From the NCBI GenBank assembly GCA_951406725.2, contig OX597824.1, forward strand, positions 32,798,001 to 32,862,000: DNA of 64,000 bases, read 5' to 3'. This DNA is from Octopus vulgaris (lineage: Eukaryota). Below the pieces are notes generated by a model. The model saw only the letters and a list, made by a program, of their open reading frames with translations. It was not told where the DNA came from and made no database searches. The position numbers and the translations under genes were made by a program. Of this stretch, positions 13,011 to 27,153 are shown piece after piece. Position 1 is the first letter of the stretch. Each line of letters starts with the position of its first letter.

Positions 13011-13423
13011 ATTACATATATATGTGTGTGTGCGTGTGCATGTGTGTGTAATTTGTAATAGCATGCATATACCAATTACACCGTATTTCCAAGTTTTAAT
13101 CTTTGACACCTGAAGACCGTGAGAAGTGTCCTATATGCTACTTTTACTGCTATACATATATATCTTTCTACTCTTTTACTAGCTTCATCTCGGGAGCAGT
13201 GGTCATGCTGTGGCACCGCCTTCTGGAATTTTCTTCAGTGTCAAAGCGACTTTTGTGGAAAAACTTGATCGCCATTTTAAGTTCTAAAGATGTTGCCATT
13301 CGAATTGATTTGCTCAAATAATGACATCAGAGACACTCACAGGCTGAATCCTGATTAGATAAATTAGCATAATGTTCTAAAGAAAACATTCGGTTTGAGT
13401 GTTCTTGTTTTTTATTTTTAAAT

Positions 13424-13458
<35 letters not shown>

Positions 13459-13460
13459 TT

Positions 13461-13596
13461 GCAGGAGTGGTTGTGTGGTAAGTGGCTTGCTTACCAACCA
13501 CATGGTTCCGGGTTCAGTCTACTATAGCCTCGGCCGACCAAAGTCTTGTGAGTGGATTTGGTAGACGGAAACTGAAAGAAGCCCGTCGTATATAAG

Positions 13597-13684
<88 letters not shown>

Positions 13685-13925
13685 TTTGTGTGTGTGTGTG
13701 TGTGTGTGCGTGTATGTTTGTGAGTCTGTGTTTGTCCCCCTAGCATTGCTTGACAACCGATGCTGGTGTGTTTATGTCCCCGTCACTTAGCGGTTCGGCA
13801 AAAGTGACCGATAGAATAAGTACTGGGCTTACAAAGAATAAGTCCCGGGGTCGAGTTGCTCGATTAAAGGCGGTGCTCCAGCATGGCCGCAGGCAAATGA
13901 CTGAAACAAGTAAAAGAGTAAGAGT
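13461..13925 (+). mobile_element. family C SINE with long internal (TG)n
   Basis: same head, core and tail as 7620-8075, with an internal deletion in the head. Confidence 0.8.
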
Positions 13926-14221
13926 AAAGAGAGAGAGAGTAATTGTATAATTAATTTTAGTTTAATTTTATTTCATTTATTCATTTTGAAATGGAGACAG
14001 TTTATTTATATTATGACATCGAGACATTTTTTATGATGAAAATGAAAATTTGCTTGAAAAATATTGGTCAGGCATGAATCGTGATGCATACGTCATCAAT
14101 AGAAGCCATTCGCTTGTTTTAAAAGACAAGCATCGTTCTCAATTGCAGAACAAAAACAAGAAGTCAGCGTAACGATACAGACCACCTTAACTTTCGTAAC
14201 TTTACATCCGAAGCCCTCAAA

Positions 14222-14707
14222 ATGGCGAATTTGGATGACGTTTTTCAAGCGTTCGCTAAACTTGCAGGTGCAAGGGACTTTGAAGAAGAAACGCGAATGA
14301 ATTCTAAAACATGTGAAAAAATGGTGAAAGAGTGTCTACCGAAAGGCGTTGTAAAAATCGCAGATGCTTGTATATTCCCATTATATAAAGAGAGAAATAA
14401 ACCCTATTTCCTTATTAATAACTTCCGACATTTTATTCGAGGTTGTGCTCATGAATATGCTAAAAAGAAGAGTAAAAATCCCAGACTGCATGAAACGGAC
14501 CCGCTGGTTGACATATATTACCGAGACTTTACTGATCGCCTTCTAAATGCGAAGCCAATCGCAAAACAGATAAAGGTATCAAAAATGAATGTGCTTGATT
14601 CGAAAGTTGTGCATTTTTTAAAACAGGAAAAGGCAATAAATAACCGAAAAGATTCTGTGAAAGATTCTAAAGCGGAAGGAACACCCGTCAGGAAACTCAA
14701 ATTTTAG
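14222..14707 (+). CDS. TPPP-like paralogue with remodelled C-terminus, intronless
   Basis: 161-aa ORF collinear with 3254-3790 over the first ~120 aa (e.g. FIRGCAHEYAK.KSKNP.L); homologous 5' and 3' flanks; lacks YTGxHKERF and GxGxGxxGR. Confidence 0.85.
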   Translation: MANLDDVFQAFAKLAGARDFEEETRMNSKTCEKMVKECLPKGVVKIADACIFPLYKERNKPYFLINNFRHFIRGCAHEYAKKKSKNPRLHETDPLVDIYYRDFTDRLLNAKPIAKQIKVSKMNVLDSKVVHFLKQEKAINNRKDSVKDSKAEGTPVRKLKF

Positions 14708-15240
14708 CTATTCGAAGAGCTATACCTTTAGTACTTATTGAGATTGTTTTCCGGGGTCTATATCGCTGACATTTTCTACACTTCAAAGGTTGATGAATCT
14801 ATCAAGGAAGGGAAAATATAGAAAGATACAAGTTTAAGGGTGGATGTTTCTAACATGAACGTCCGTACAATAAATGGTTGTCAATTATTGCTAATATTAA
14901 AAAAAAAAACAATTAAAAGCTGTAACAAATGCTTCAGCTTATAAAAACAACTGAAGCATTATTTTTGTGTTCGTTGTATTTCATTTATAGATTTAAATCA
15001 TTCTGCCAGTTCACCAATCTAATAATGATAAGGCGACGAGCAAGAGGAATCGTTAGCATTCGGATCAAATACTTAGCGGCATTTTTTCCGGCTCAAATTT
15101 GGTCATGGTCGACCTTACCTTTCATCCTTTTGGGGTCGATAAAATGAAGCAGCAGTCGAAGATGAGCACTAACTGGCTTCTCCCTGTCCTCAGAATTGCC
15201 GGTCTTGTGCCAAAATTAGAAACGTTAATTCAATTATATA

Positions 15241-15310
<70 letters not shown>

Positions 15311-15451
15311 CGGAGATGTACTCGCATAGCAAGTGATTTGATCTGAGATCGTGTGCTGAAACGAAAACAATTGCAGAGTGGAAGGTGTTTGTAAGCCATT
15401 TAAGAAACACACAAAAGCCGTTCGATTCACTTCAACATTTAAGTTTAACTC

Positions 15452-15495
15452 GTCAAAATATTTTCGTCGCTAAAATCCGCGACCTCTTCACTGAC
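15452..15495 (-). ncRNA. minimal hammerhead-like motif (G3 variant) in a ~210-bp element inserted in (TA)n
   Basis: GUCA-GUGAAGA-G-GUCGC/GCGAC-GAAA-AUAU-UU-UGAC. Confidence 0.45.
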
Positions 15496-15547
15496 AAAAA
15501 TCCGTGCTGCATCTCTGTGTTATATATATATATATATATATATATAT

Positions 15548-15581
<34 letters not shown>

Positions 15582-15864
15582 CAGGTAACAGGTTGCGAAA
15601 AAATTAGAAATAGCAGTCAAAGATTGTTTATTTCTATTTTCTATTTTCAAAAACAACAGTCTTTGACTGCTATTTCTAATTTTTTTCGGTATGTGGCTTA
15701 GCAACCTGTTGCCTGCCTTTTTTTTAATATTTTTTATTTATATACAAAATATATATTGAACTTTCATAGAAGTTCCTACCGTTAATGGTTATATTTACAT
15801 GCCGAAATCTACCAGTAAATAATTGTTGGTTTTTTAAAAAACCATTAAAGCTATTATTTACTCT

Positions 15865-15914
<50 letters not shown>

Positions 15915-16874
15915 GTAATGCAATACGAGAGTATTGCTTTCCAGTAAAGAATAGCCCGTGAGGGAAAATTATACATAGAAGTAAATATATGGCACAACGA
16001 AGTACACGGTGAAGCTATACGTTAGCGACGTATTATTACGTTCGCTATTTTCCAGTAAATATCGGTACTTCGTTGTGCCATATATTTACTTCTATGTATA
16101 TATATATATATATAAAACCATAAGAAGCCAGGAGGTATGAGAAGTGAATATATTTATTTAATCATTTGGCCTGCTTAGAGTTACAGTAGTTTCGCAGCCT
16201 TCTTTGTGTAATAATAATTTCAGTGCATAGTAAATTGTTTGCATGTCTGCGTTATTATGCATGTTATGCATTATTCAGTACAACTGTATAGTCGCAAATC
16301 AATGCAAATAAAGAAAGCTAGCTCATCAAATCACCAGAACATTATAGTTGCACCAACGATTTAAACTATACATACAAACTTTTCTCTTTATACATAGAAT
16401 GTATGGAAAACCAAGACTACGTAAAATTATTTTGGTATTGTAAGTAAAAAAAATGGTGAATTACCTGAACGTAGATCTAGCACCTTAATCTTTATTTTTA
16501 CAAGAACAGAAGCAACAATCCAATTTGTAACTTATTTATACAGACCAATAATCCTTGAAGGAATTATATTTGCTATTTTCATTTGTCGGGGTCGATAAAT
16601 TAAGTACCAGTTACGCACCTGGGTCGATATAATAGACTTAATCCGTTTGTCTGTCCTTGTTTGTCCTCTCTGTGTTTAGCCCCTTGTGGGTAGTAAAGAA
16701 ATAAGTATTTCGTCCACCGTTACGTTCCGAGTTCCAAAAGAGACCGATAGAATGAGCACTAGGCTTAAAAATAATTCCTAGAGTCGAGCTGTTCGACTGA
16801 CACCCTTAAGGTGGTACCCCAGCACGGCCGCAGTCAAACGACTAAAACAAGTGAAAGATTAAAGATACAGTGAA

Positions 16875-17006
16875 TAGGAGTGGCTGCGTGGTAAGAAGCT
16901 TGCTTCCCAACCACATAGTTCTGGGTTCAGTCCCACTACGTGGAACTTTGGGTCGATCAAAATCTTGTGAGTAGATTTGGTAGACGGAAACTGAAAGAAG
17001 CCCGTA

Positions 17007-17047
<41 letters not shown>

Positions 17048-17642
17048 TGTGTATATACGTGTGTGTTTATGTGTCTGTGTTTGTTCCCCCCACCATCGTT
17101 TGACAACCGTTGTTGGCGTGTTTACGTCCCGTGAAAACGCCAACATCGGCAAAAGAGACCGATAGAATAAATAATAGGCTTACAAAAGAATAAGTTCTAG
17201 GGGCGATTTGTTCAGCTAAAAGTGGTGCTCCAGCATGGCCGCAGTGAAATGACTGAAACAAGTATAACCTCTAATTTATGGGGGCGTAAACACACCAGCA
17301 CCGGTTGTCAAGCGATGTTGTGGGGACAAACACAGACACACAAACACACACACACACACATGCACACACACACACACACACACAACCACACACATACATA
17401 TATACGACGGGCTTCTTTCAGTTTCTGTCTACGAAATCCACTCAAGGTTTTGGTCGGCCCGAGGCCATAGTAGAAGACACTTGCCTAAGGTGCCACGCAG
17501 TGTGACTGAACCCGGATTCATATGGTTTGTAAGCAAGCTGCTTACCACACAGCCAATCCTATATACATACATACATACATACATACATACATACATACAT
17601 ACATACATACTTACATACATACATACATACATGCATGCATAC

Positions 17643-17705
<63 letters not shown>

Positions 17706-18065
17706 CAAACCACATGAATCTGGGTTCAGTCCCACTGCGTGGCACCTTAGGCAAGTGTCTTCTAATATAGCCTCGGGCCGACCAAAGACTTGTAAGTGGA
17801 TTTGGTAGATGGAAACTGAAAGAAACCCGTCGTATATATGCATGTGTGTGTGTGTGTGTGTGTGTCTGTGTCTGTGTCTGTGTGTGTTTGTGTGTCTGTG
17901 TTTGTTCTGTGTTTGTTCCCACAACATCGCTTGACAACCGGTGCTGGTGGGTTTACGTCCCCCGTAACATTAGCTGTTCGGCAAAAGAGACCGATAGAAT
18001 AAGTACTAAGCTTACAAAGAATAAGTCCTGGGGTCGATTTGCTTGACTAAAGGCAGTGCTCCAGT
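16875..18065. mobile_element. cluster of three family C SINE copies in alternating orientation
   Basis: + copy at about 16875-17265, - copy at about 17280-17560, + copy at about 17703-18065. Confidence 0.75.
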
Positions 18066-18717
18066 AAAAAGAGTATATATATATTGTTTTTTATATGTGC
18101 ATATATACATATGTGTGTGCATGTATGTGTAAATTTGTATATCTGAGTGTATATGACTGTATAATAGCAATCTATACATTTTGTGAACTTAAACTTTTTT
18201 TTAAAATTAATAAATTGATAAATAAAAATAAACGGAGAATTGCCCAATCCTTTTCCAGCAGAGTACAACAATTAGAGTAACATAAACCTGGAATTAAGAA
18301 TAACTTCCTTTCCCTATACGGCCAGTATTTAGTACTCAATGACCATTCTTTCTGGTTATTGTTTTACTTATAAAACCAAATTAATGGTTAAGATAGTGAC
18401 ATGAATGACAGGCCGTTAACGTCAAGGGAGGTAACATAAGTTGAACTCAAGTTTTCTCCCCTGAAAAATTGTCTGAGTTCCATTTTTTATCTACGTATGT
18501 TTCAATTCTTTCAGAGATTATTTTTCCTTTTTACTTCAATACAGTTGTGCCAATGCCTGTATTATTTTATGGCTTGCCTCGAATGGGATAGTCTTGGCAG
18601 GGTGATGGTGAGCACTCACATCACAGAATGTTAGAAAGGCTCTGTTTAACGAAGGCTATGGAGGCCTGATTATCTTGTTATCGTTGCTGTTGATGTTGCT
18701 TTTGTTGATGTTTTTGA

Positions 18718-18750
<33 letters not shown>

Positions 18751-18823
18751 CGTCGTCGTCGTCGATATGGTTGATGATGATGTTAACTCCGAAGGTCGTC
18801 TCTGCAACGAACTTGTCCACTAA

Positions 18824-20256
<1,433 letters not shown>

Positions 20257-20270
20257 TATTATTATTATCA

Positions 20271-20313
<43 letters not shown>

Positions 20314-20369
20314 CATCGTCGTCATCATTGAGTGACAGAGCAGTGCATGCCTTGAAAATGCCATCAAAT

Positions 20370-21828
20370 AGGCATAACCACAGATTTCTGACCCCGACTT
20401 TGGATGATCATAACTTTCAGAAAAATGGATATTTTTTTATGAGATTTTCTGTGAATATGTGTTTTATCATGTAGATTCCGAATATATAAATTTTTGTTTT
20501 TTTTTTGGTGGGGGGGTGCTTTACGAGGGGATGGATTTCGGAAAATTCACCGGAGTCCACTTCAATTCGTATTAACTTTCAAGTAAATGGATATTTTTTG
20601 ATGAAATTCTCTACAAATATACCTCAGACTATGTAGATTCCGAGGACATAGGAATTTTGGGAAAAAACAATTGGGGATTATTTTTGAAAACCGTTCTCCA
20701 CTCGGGTGTGTTTCGGGATAAGTCGTCCATATTTGTTTCATTTTCTCCGTTTTATGCGTTTGTGCATCCGTATATTTCTACCACACACACACACACACAC
20801 ACACAATTAAAATAAGTTCAAGCGGGGAATTATTCCATTCAATATCATGTTTATTATAGAGATTATGTAACAAATTATACTTTACACTTCTATATTTAAC
20901 TGTGCGTGTATATTCCTTATTTTTGCTTCTGGTGTCTTCTGCCCTTCTTATTAGAAACGTTTACCTGGGAATTTAAATTGAAAAAAAAAATCTTATGCAC
21001 CAGATAAGTCGTCTTAATAACATATTTCTGTGTACCAGACCGTTAGCTGTTATTTTTAGCATAACGAGTTTTCTGGTGAGGGTTTCATTTGTCTGCTGCT
21101 TCAGTAGAAATCTACGGATGCGCAAACGTATAAAATGGAGAAAATGAAACAAATTTGGATGACTTATTTCGAAACACTTACGAGTGGGGAACGGTTCTCA
21201 AAAATAACTCCCCCAATTGTTTTCCCCGCAAAATTCCTATGTTCTCGGAATCTACATAGTTCGAGGTATATTTGTAGAGAATTTCATCAAAAAATATCCA
21301 TTTTCTTGAAAGTTAAGACGAATTGGACTCCGGTAAATTTTTCGAAATTCCCCATCTCACCCCACCCCCACCCCCTAAAGCACTTTCCTCAAAACTTTTG
21401 TATATTCGGAATCTACATGATATAACATATATTCGTAGAAAATTTCATTAAAAAATAGCCATTTTCTTGAAAGTTAAGACGAATTGGACTCCGGTAAATT
21501 TTTCGAAATTCCCCATCTCACCCCCCCCCTAAAGCACTTTCCTCAAAACTTTTGTATATTCGGAATCTACATGATATAACATATATTCGTAGAAAATTTC
21601 ATTAAAAAATATCCATTTTCTTGAAAGTTAAGACGAATTGGACTCCGGTAAATTTTTCGAAATTCACCATCTCACCCCTCCTAAAGCACTTTTCTCAAAA
21701 CTTTTGTATATTCGGAATCTACATGATATAACACATATTCGTAGAAAATTTCATTAAAAAATATCCATTTTTCTTAAAGTTACGATCATCCAATGTCGGT
21801 GGGGCAGAAATCTGAAGCTATGCTGCCA
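20370..21828. mobile_element. foldback element with long imperfect inverted arms built from ~155-bp units
   Basis: 20370-20781 is inverted relative to 21105-21828; the right arm carries extra tandem units. Confidence 0.75.
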
Positions 21829-21938
21829 AACATACCCATCATGACTACCCATTTGATAAGGGTACACCAGGCACATGCATCACAACCATATGTGCGCTAT
21901 GGAGGCCTAATTATGTTATTATTGTTGCTGTTGATGTT

Positions 21939-22234
21939 TGTTTGTTGAGCGAAGCGATCTTCGTCTCAGAACTCGCAAGATCGCGCCTCAAGAAACGTGG
22001 TCCTTTGCTATTCGTAAGACCCGCGTAGGAAGTCGGGGACAAGAAACAGGAAGAAAGAGTGAGAGAAAGTTGGAGCGAGAGAGTACAACAGGGGTCGCCA
22101 CCACCCCCTGCCGGAGCCTCGTGGAGCTTTAGGTGCTTTCGCTCAATAAACACACACAACGCCTGGTCTGGGAATCGAAACCGCGATCTCCGACCGCGAG
22201 TCCGCTGCCCTAACCACTGGGCCATTGCGCCTCC
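21939..22234 (-). mobile_element. family B SINE with an alternative 3' tail
   Basis: same head as 4860; TSD TGCTGTTGATGTT at 21926-21938 and 22235-22247; (CAAA)n tail. Confidence 0.8.
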
Positions 22235-22513
22235 TGCTGTTGATGTTGCTTTTGTTTATGTTTTTGATGATGTTGTTGCCGTCGTCGATATGACTGATAA
22301 TGATGTTAACCCCTAAGGTCGTCTCTGCAACGACCCTGCCTACTACCATCATCATCATCATTTTGCCGAGGTTGTATTTGCCTTTCCTCCTTTCGGAGTC
22401 GATGCAATCCATTAATTCCCGCCCCCAAATTTCAGGCCTTGTGCCTATATCAGAAAGGACTACTACTAGGTAGATTTCAGGTAGCATACCTATAGTACAA
22501 AAGATTATTATTT

Positions 22514-22544
<31 letters not shown>

Positions 22545-22685
22545 CGTCGTCGTCGTTGTTGTTGTTGTTGTTGTTGTTGTTGAGTGAGAGAAAAGCACAC
22601 GCCTTTAAAGTAACACTGGGGTACAAATATACGAAGCCCACTGTACCTATCATGAGTACCCGTCTGATAAGGGTACACCAGGCAC

Positions 22686-23360
22686 TCGTTCAGTGTCTGG
22701 CCATTGCTGACATGTAGGGTTATGTTGAACAGCTGGTGTCGCGTGTGGGACGGATCCGTTTGTCAGCACAATTATAATTGTCCACAATTATAATTGCCCC
22801 GCCGCCCTCCTTTAATCGGAGAAGCAAGGCAGTTTTCCTTTGTCGGTGGCTGTGGCGAAAGAGGTTATCTGTTGGAGGAAGGAGGCTGAAAGGAACCAGG
22901 ACAGAAACATTCCTCTTTGGTAAAGCACCCATCGATTTTTTTCAAGTTTCACTTGAAAAGGAAAGTAAGGGTGGAAAGGGAGGTGCTATCCTCCAGTGAA
23001 TTTATGAAAAGGTGGGTGAAAATTGCGAAAATGGCAAGAGTGGATGGTACCACTCTCAGTGTAGACTTGTGAGTCGGAAGAAAGGATTTGGAGAGAGCAC
23101 TTGTCCTTGGTATTCAGGGTGATATTGGATGGTGGGGGTTCCTTGATTATCTCTAGAGGTCCCCCTGATTCAGGAGGACCCCCATCACTATCATTTCCCC
23201 CTCTTCATCTAGTGTCGTATACTATATACACCTACCTTTTTCTTATGTATACCATGTATAGTTTCTTCCTTTTTTCTTTTTATCATTCCATCATATGTAA
23301 CCCCCTACACTTTATGTCAGTGTGTGTATATGTCTCCTCATCCTGGTGGCAAATAACCGA
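22686..23360 (+). mobile_element. probable 3' end of an L1/Tx1-like LINE
   Basis: degenerate coding-like segment (..VAKEVI.W..) followed by a pyrimidine-rich UTR and (ATC)n tail. Confidence 0.45.
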
Positions 23361-23402
23361 AATCATCATAATCATCATCATCATCATCACCACCATCATC
23401 AT

Positions 23403-23500
<98 letters not shown>

Positions 23501-23521
23501 TCATCACTATTATTGTTGTTA

Positions 23522-23590
<69 letters not shown>

Positions 23591-23895
23591 CGCTCGTCGC
23601 AGAGCATTTTTGTTGCTCGTCATATAATATATCTGACAGCGATTCAATATTATTTGAAAACTTGTTGATTTCAGTTGATATCGTCCATGGATAAAAAAAA
23701 AAACTTACATATTGTTAAATGTACTGTGTCAATATGATAGCATGTTGTCAACTTAATGTGACAGTCCCATAAAAGGGAAGAATTCTACTGTTATTTAGCC
23801 CCAGGAAACACCGTTGCCTATTAGACTTGACACATTTCCTGTGCCCTTATGTTTGCAAAGTGGAGATAAGCACCTCCACCCAGGAAAGCCAGTAG

Positions 23896-23936
23896 CCAGA
23901 GACTAGTTTCAGAGTCATTGCTCATCATCAGTCTGG
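23896..23936 (-). ncRNA. minimal type-I hammerhead ribozyme motif
   Basis: CCAGA-CUGAUGA-UGAG caauga CUCU-GAAA-CUAG-UC-UCUGG; 5-bp stem I, palindromic ACUAGU stem III, GUC triplet; U-U mismatch at the base of stem II. Confidence 0.7.
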
Positions 23937-25110
23937 AGTAGCAATGACCATGAAACTAGTCTCTGGAAAACCTAGAAATACTTGATTTCACAGAAAAAGA
24001 ACAAAAATAAAACTAATGCGGATACTACAAATCCAATCTATTAGTGGCACGGTGAAGATTTGTAAGACATTCCAGAAATTCTCCATGTGAGATTCTTATG
24101 TGTATAGAAGCACACACTTGGGTGTATGCATCAACAGTTCAACCAACACACCAGCTCAGCCACATATTTACAAACACTGGGAACTCTGTTAACTCAAAAA
24201 GTTGTGTTGCTTTGTTATAGCAACTAGCTTGGATTCTCTCAAGAACTTAAATTAAACTTTTAAAAAATCATAAATACATATATACATATACGCGACGAGC
24301 TTCCATACAAATTCACTCACAAGGGCATTTGTTGGCCCAAGGCTATATTAGAAGACACTTTTTAAATGTGCCGCGCAGTGGAACTGAACCCGAAACCGTG
24401 TGATTGCAAACAGAGTTTCTTAACCACACAGCCACGATTTTTATTACAAATCTAAAAAAATTAAGACTGAATAAATAAAACTTTTTTAGGTGCATTACTT
24501 GTGTTCAAGACTCAGCTTTATATAATTGCTAATGGAATAAACATATAATGGACATACAATAGATATATAACAGACATATAATGGAAATATAAAAATGAAA
24601 ACCGAAACACCATTATTATAAGTGATGTAACCATTTTTATTAAACTTGAGTGGTGCGAGTCATGATTTTAGAAATATTTTTACGAAGGAAAAATTCATTA
24701 TTGTACTTTGGATCTGGTTTTGGGAGCACTCAAAGAAAACGTAACAAGAATTAGTTTACACTGAAGAACGCGATATTCTTTACCAATTTTTTTGTCAGTT
24801 GTTAAGGAAATTTAACTATTCTTTGAGATTTTAACTATTCTTTGAGATAAAGTCTATGTGATGTTCTGAGAGGTTTATGGCAATATATTGTCTAGCTATA
24901 TCTTGGTGGAAGCTGTGAACATTTTTATTTAAATAAATGGCCACAAACTCATTGGTAAAGAATAAGAAATTGTATGGCATTGAAGCCTTTAATAAGAGTT
25001 TCAGCAATATTAGTGAAGTGAAATAGCGAAACAAGGATGCGAAACCATTTTATGAATTCGACTCGCTGGAGCTCACCATGTCCTAGTTACTATTGATTTG
25101 TACAGTTATT

Positions 25111-25259
25111 TCACAACACCGAAATGATCTGTGTAGTAAGTATAATGCTGAGATTTCCTACAACTGTTAATATTTCTACAATTTTTCCAGTCCTGATGTT
25201 AGAATGCTGTAGTGCGAGCATGCTGTGGTGGTTTGTTTCCGCAAAGTTTTTGACAAAAT
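25111..25259 (-). CDS. candidate terminal coding exon with hydrophobic C-terminus
   Basis: strong acceptor TTTTTCTTTTGCTTTTCTTTTACAG, then open frame FVKNFAETNHHSMLALQHSNIRTGKIVEILTVVGNLSIILTTQIISVL-stop; no upstream exons identified. Confidence 0.3.
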
Positions 25260-25551
25260 CTGTAAAAGAAAAGCAAAAGAAAAATTTAGAAATTTAAAAA
25301 TTTGAAATCATCAAACAAAAAACGTGTTGCGATTATGTACTATGTCACCATTTATTTTTTATTATTTGTATTGCTTCAAAATTAGCTTAAGCGTTTTTAC
25401 GGTATCTGATGGCATAAAAAATATACAAGCATATAACATGCACCTCATTTCATCAGTACATGTAATATTTAAAGCAGTGTAGCAGTACTTTACAAAATAT
25501 CACAAAAGTATAAATGTCACCAGTCCATTGATATGATAGTTCCTTTTACAG

Positions 25552-25608
<57 letters not shown>

Positions 25609-25609
<1 letters not shown>

Positions 25610-25730
25610 GACAAATTAAGGCCAGATATAGTTGTCAGAGATCATGAAGAAAAAAAATGCTTTCTAATTGATGTATCGATACCAGCAGATGACAACGAGT
25701 CTCTAAAAGAAATCGAGAAACTTTCAAAAG
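25609..25730 (+). mobile_element. RLE endonuclease fragment (R4/Dong-like) adjacent to (AAT)n
   Basis: RPDIVVRDHEEKKCFLIDVSIPADDNESLKEIEKLSK contains the PD..D motif. Confidence 0.75.
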
Positions 25731-26570
25731 TGCATCTCTGACAGCACTTTTGTGCTTTTAGGGTTTATCTCGAACCAGCAGAGCCCTCCGATAGCACTGC
25801 CAAGCGAGGGATTTCTAGAAGTTATCCATCGTCCCAGGCTCGAAAGTCCAGTCTGGTCAGTTGAACTTCGTCGACTCCCAGTACCTCTCCGAGTGCGTCA
25901 TCACACTTTCCCACCACTAATCCTCTATAGAACTCAAGAGTGGATGTTCCACTGGCCAATTTTCCCGCCTGGTATAGCGCAGTGAGTGCCTGGCAACATT
26001 CCAGATGCCAGTCACTCTGTCTGAGTCTCTTCTTGACCCAGGACTGCAGGTCAATCAAGAAGACGAGCTGGGGAAAGGATGTTTAACAAACGGCAACCAC
26101 ACCTGTTCACCGTTTAGGCAGAATATCTGGAGATGCCGCAGCCTCAGCGCATGTCTATGCCGTATTAGCCACGGTATGCCCAGCCCTCCACGTAGAGGGT
26201 ACTGGCAGCAGATGGACTGCCTCACCAACAGAACCTGCCCTTCCACAAGAATTTGAAGGGGAGGCGCTCCAACTTGGCGAAGCGCGAACGGGAGCTAGGC
26301 ACGATGGTCAGGCGGTAGTAGATGATGGATGCGATGTACGCATTCGCCACCTCTGCCCGACCTTTCAGTGATAGCTTCCTCGCATCCCATTTCTGGGTGA
26401 GACATCCCATCTCTGTTCGTCACCTCGTCCCAATTCTTAACCACCTGGAAGTCTGATCCGAATCAAACCCCAAGCAACTTTACCGGTCCGTCCGTCCAGC
26501 GCCCAACAACGCTGTTGGACGGCATGGACTTGCCTCTCTAGGTGCCAAGCTGCAAGCCCACCGATTTTAT
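25731..26570 (-). mobile_element. L1/Tx1-clade LINE ORF2 fragment, frameshifted
   Basis: W..RKLSLKGRAEVANAYIASII.Y...FLWKG...GGLG motifs that follow the RT core in Tx1-type ORF2. Confidence 0.8.
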
Positions 26571-27119
26571 TCCTTTTCTCAGACGTATTTAAATCAAGCG
26601 TTGGTTAATAACTAAATTTCTATGTTTACAAAATTTGGATTGCACGTAACATTTTATATGATATTCTTTTTAATCTCTGTACATGATATCTCCGGTGGAT
26701 ATTTGATAAATTACAAAGGATAATATATATACTATGATAGAGTTGAGCATCTAAATTGGTGAATGCATTATCAACAATGGATGTCGAGTTGCTGCTTGAG
26801 TTATTGCAATTTTAATCGTTTTGGTGAAATCGCACACGGACAAAAGACGAATGGCTAACAAAACCGACACAACCCAAAACCAAAACTGGAGTATGCAAGT
26901 GTAATCTGCAGTTTTCTGAAAGAAAGAAAAAACAAGCAATGGATATCTACCAAAGGGCAGAAGACACTGACGTACTACAAAATATCTGCATTTGCTACAA
27001 TCTGTCAATCCGTTCAATCATTTATTTATTCATTCATTCATTCGTTTAGCCATCCATCTTCCATATATACATGCATGCATACATACATACATACATACAT
27101 ACATACATACATACATACA

Positions 27120-27153
<34 letters not shown>

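Noticed and set aside
13105-13130. GACAC-CTGAAGA...GTGTC hammerhead-like string
   Set aside because: no stem II, GAAA or stem III
21290-21790. regularly spaced repeats superficially like a CRISPR array (also the SINE multimers)
   Set aside because: whole units repeat with no unique spacers, no cas genes, eukaryotic context
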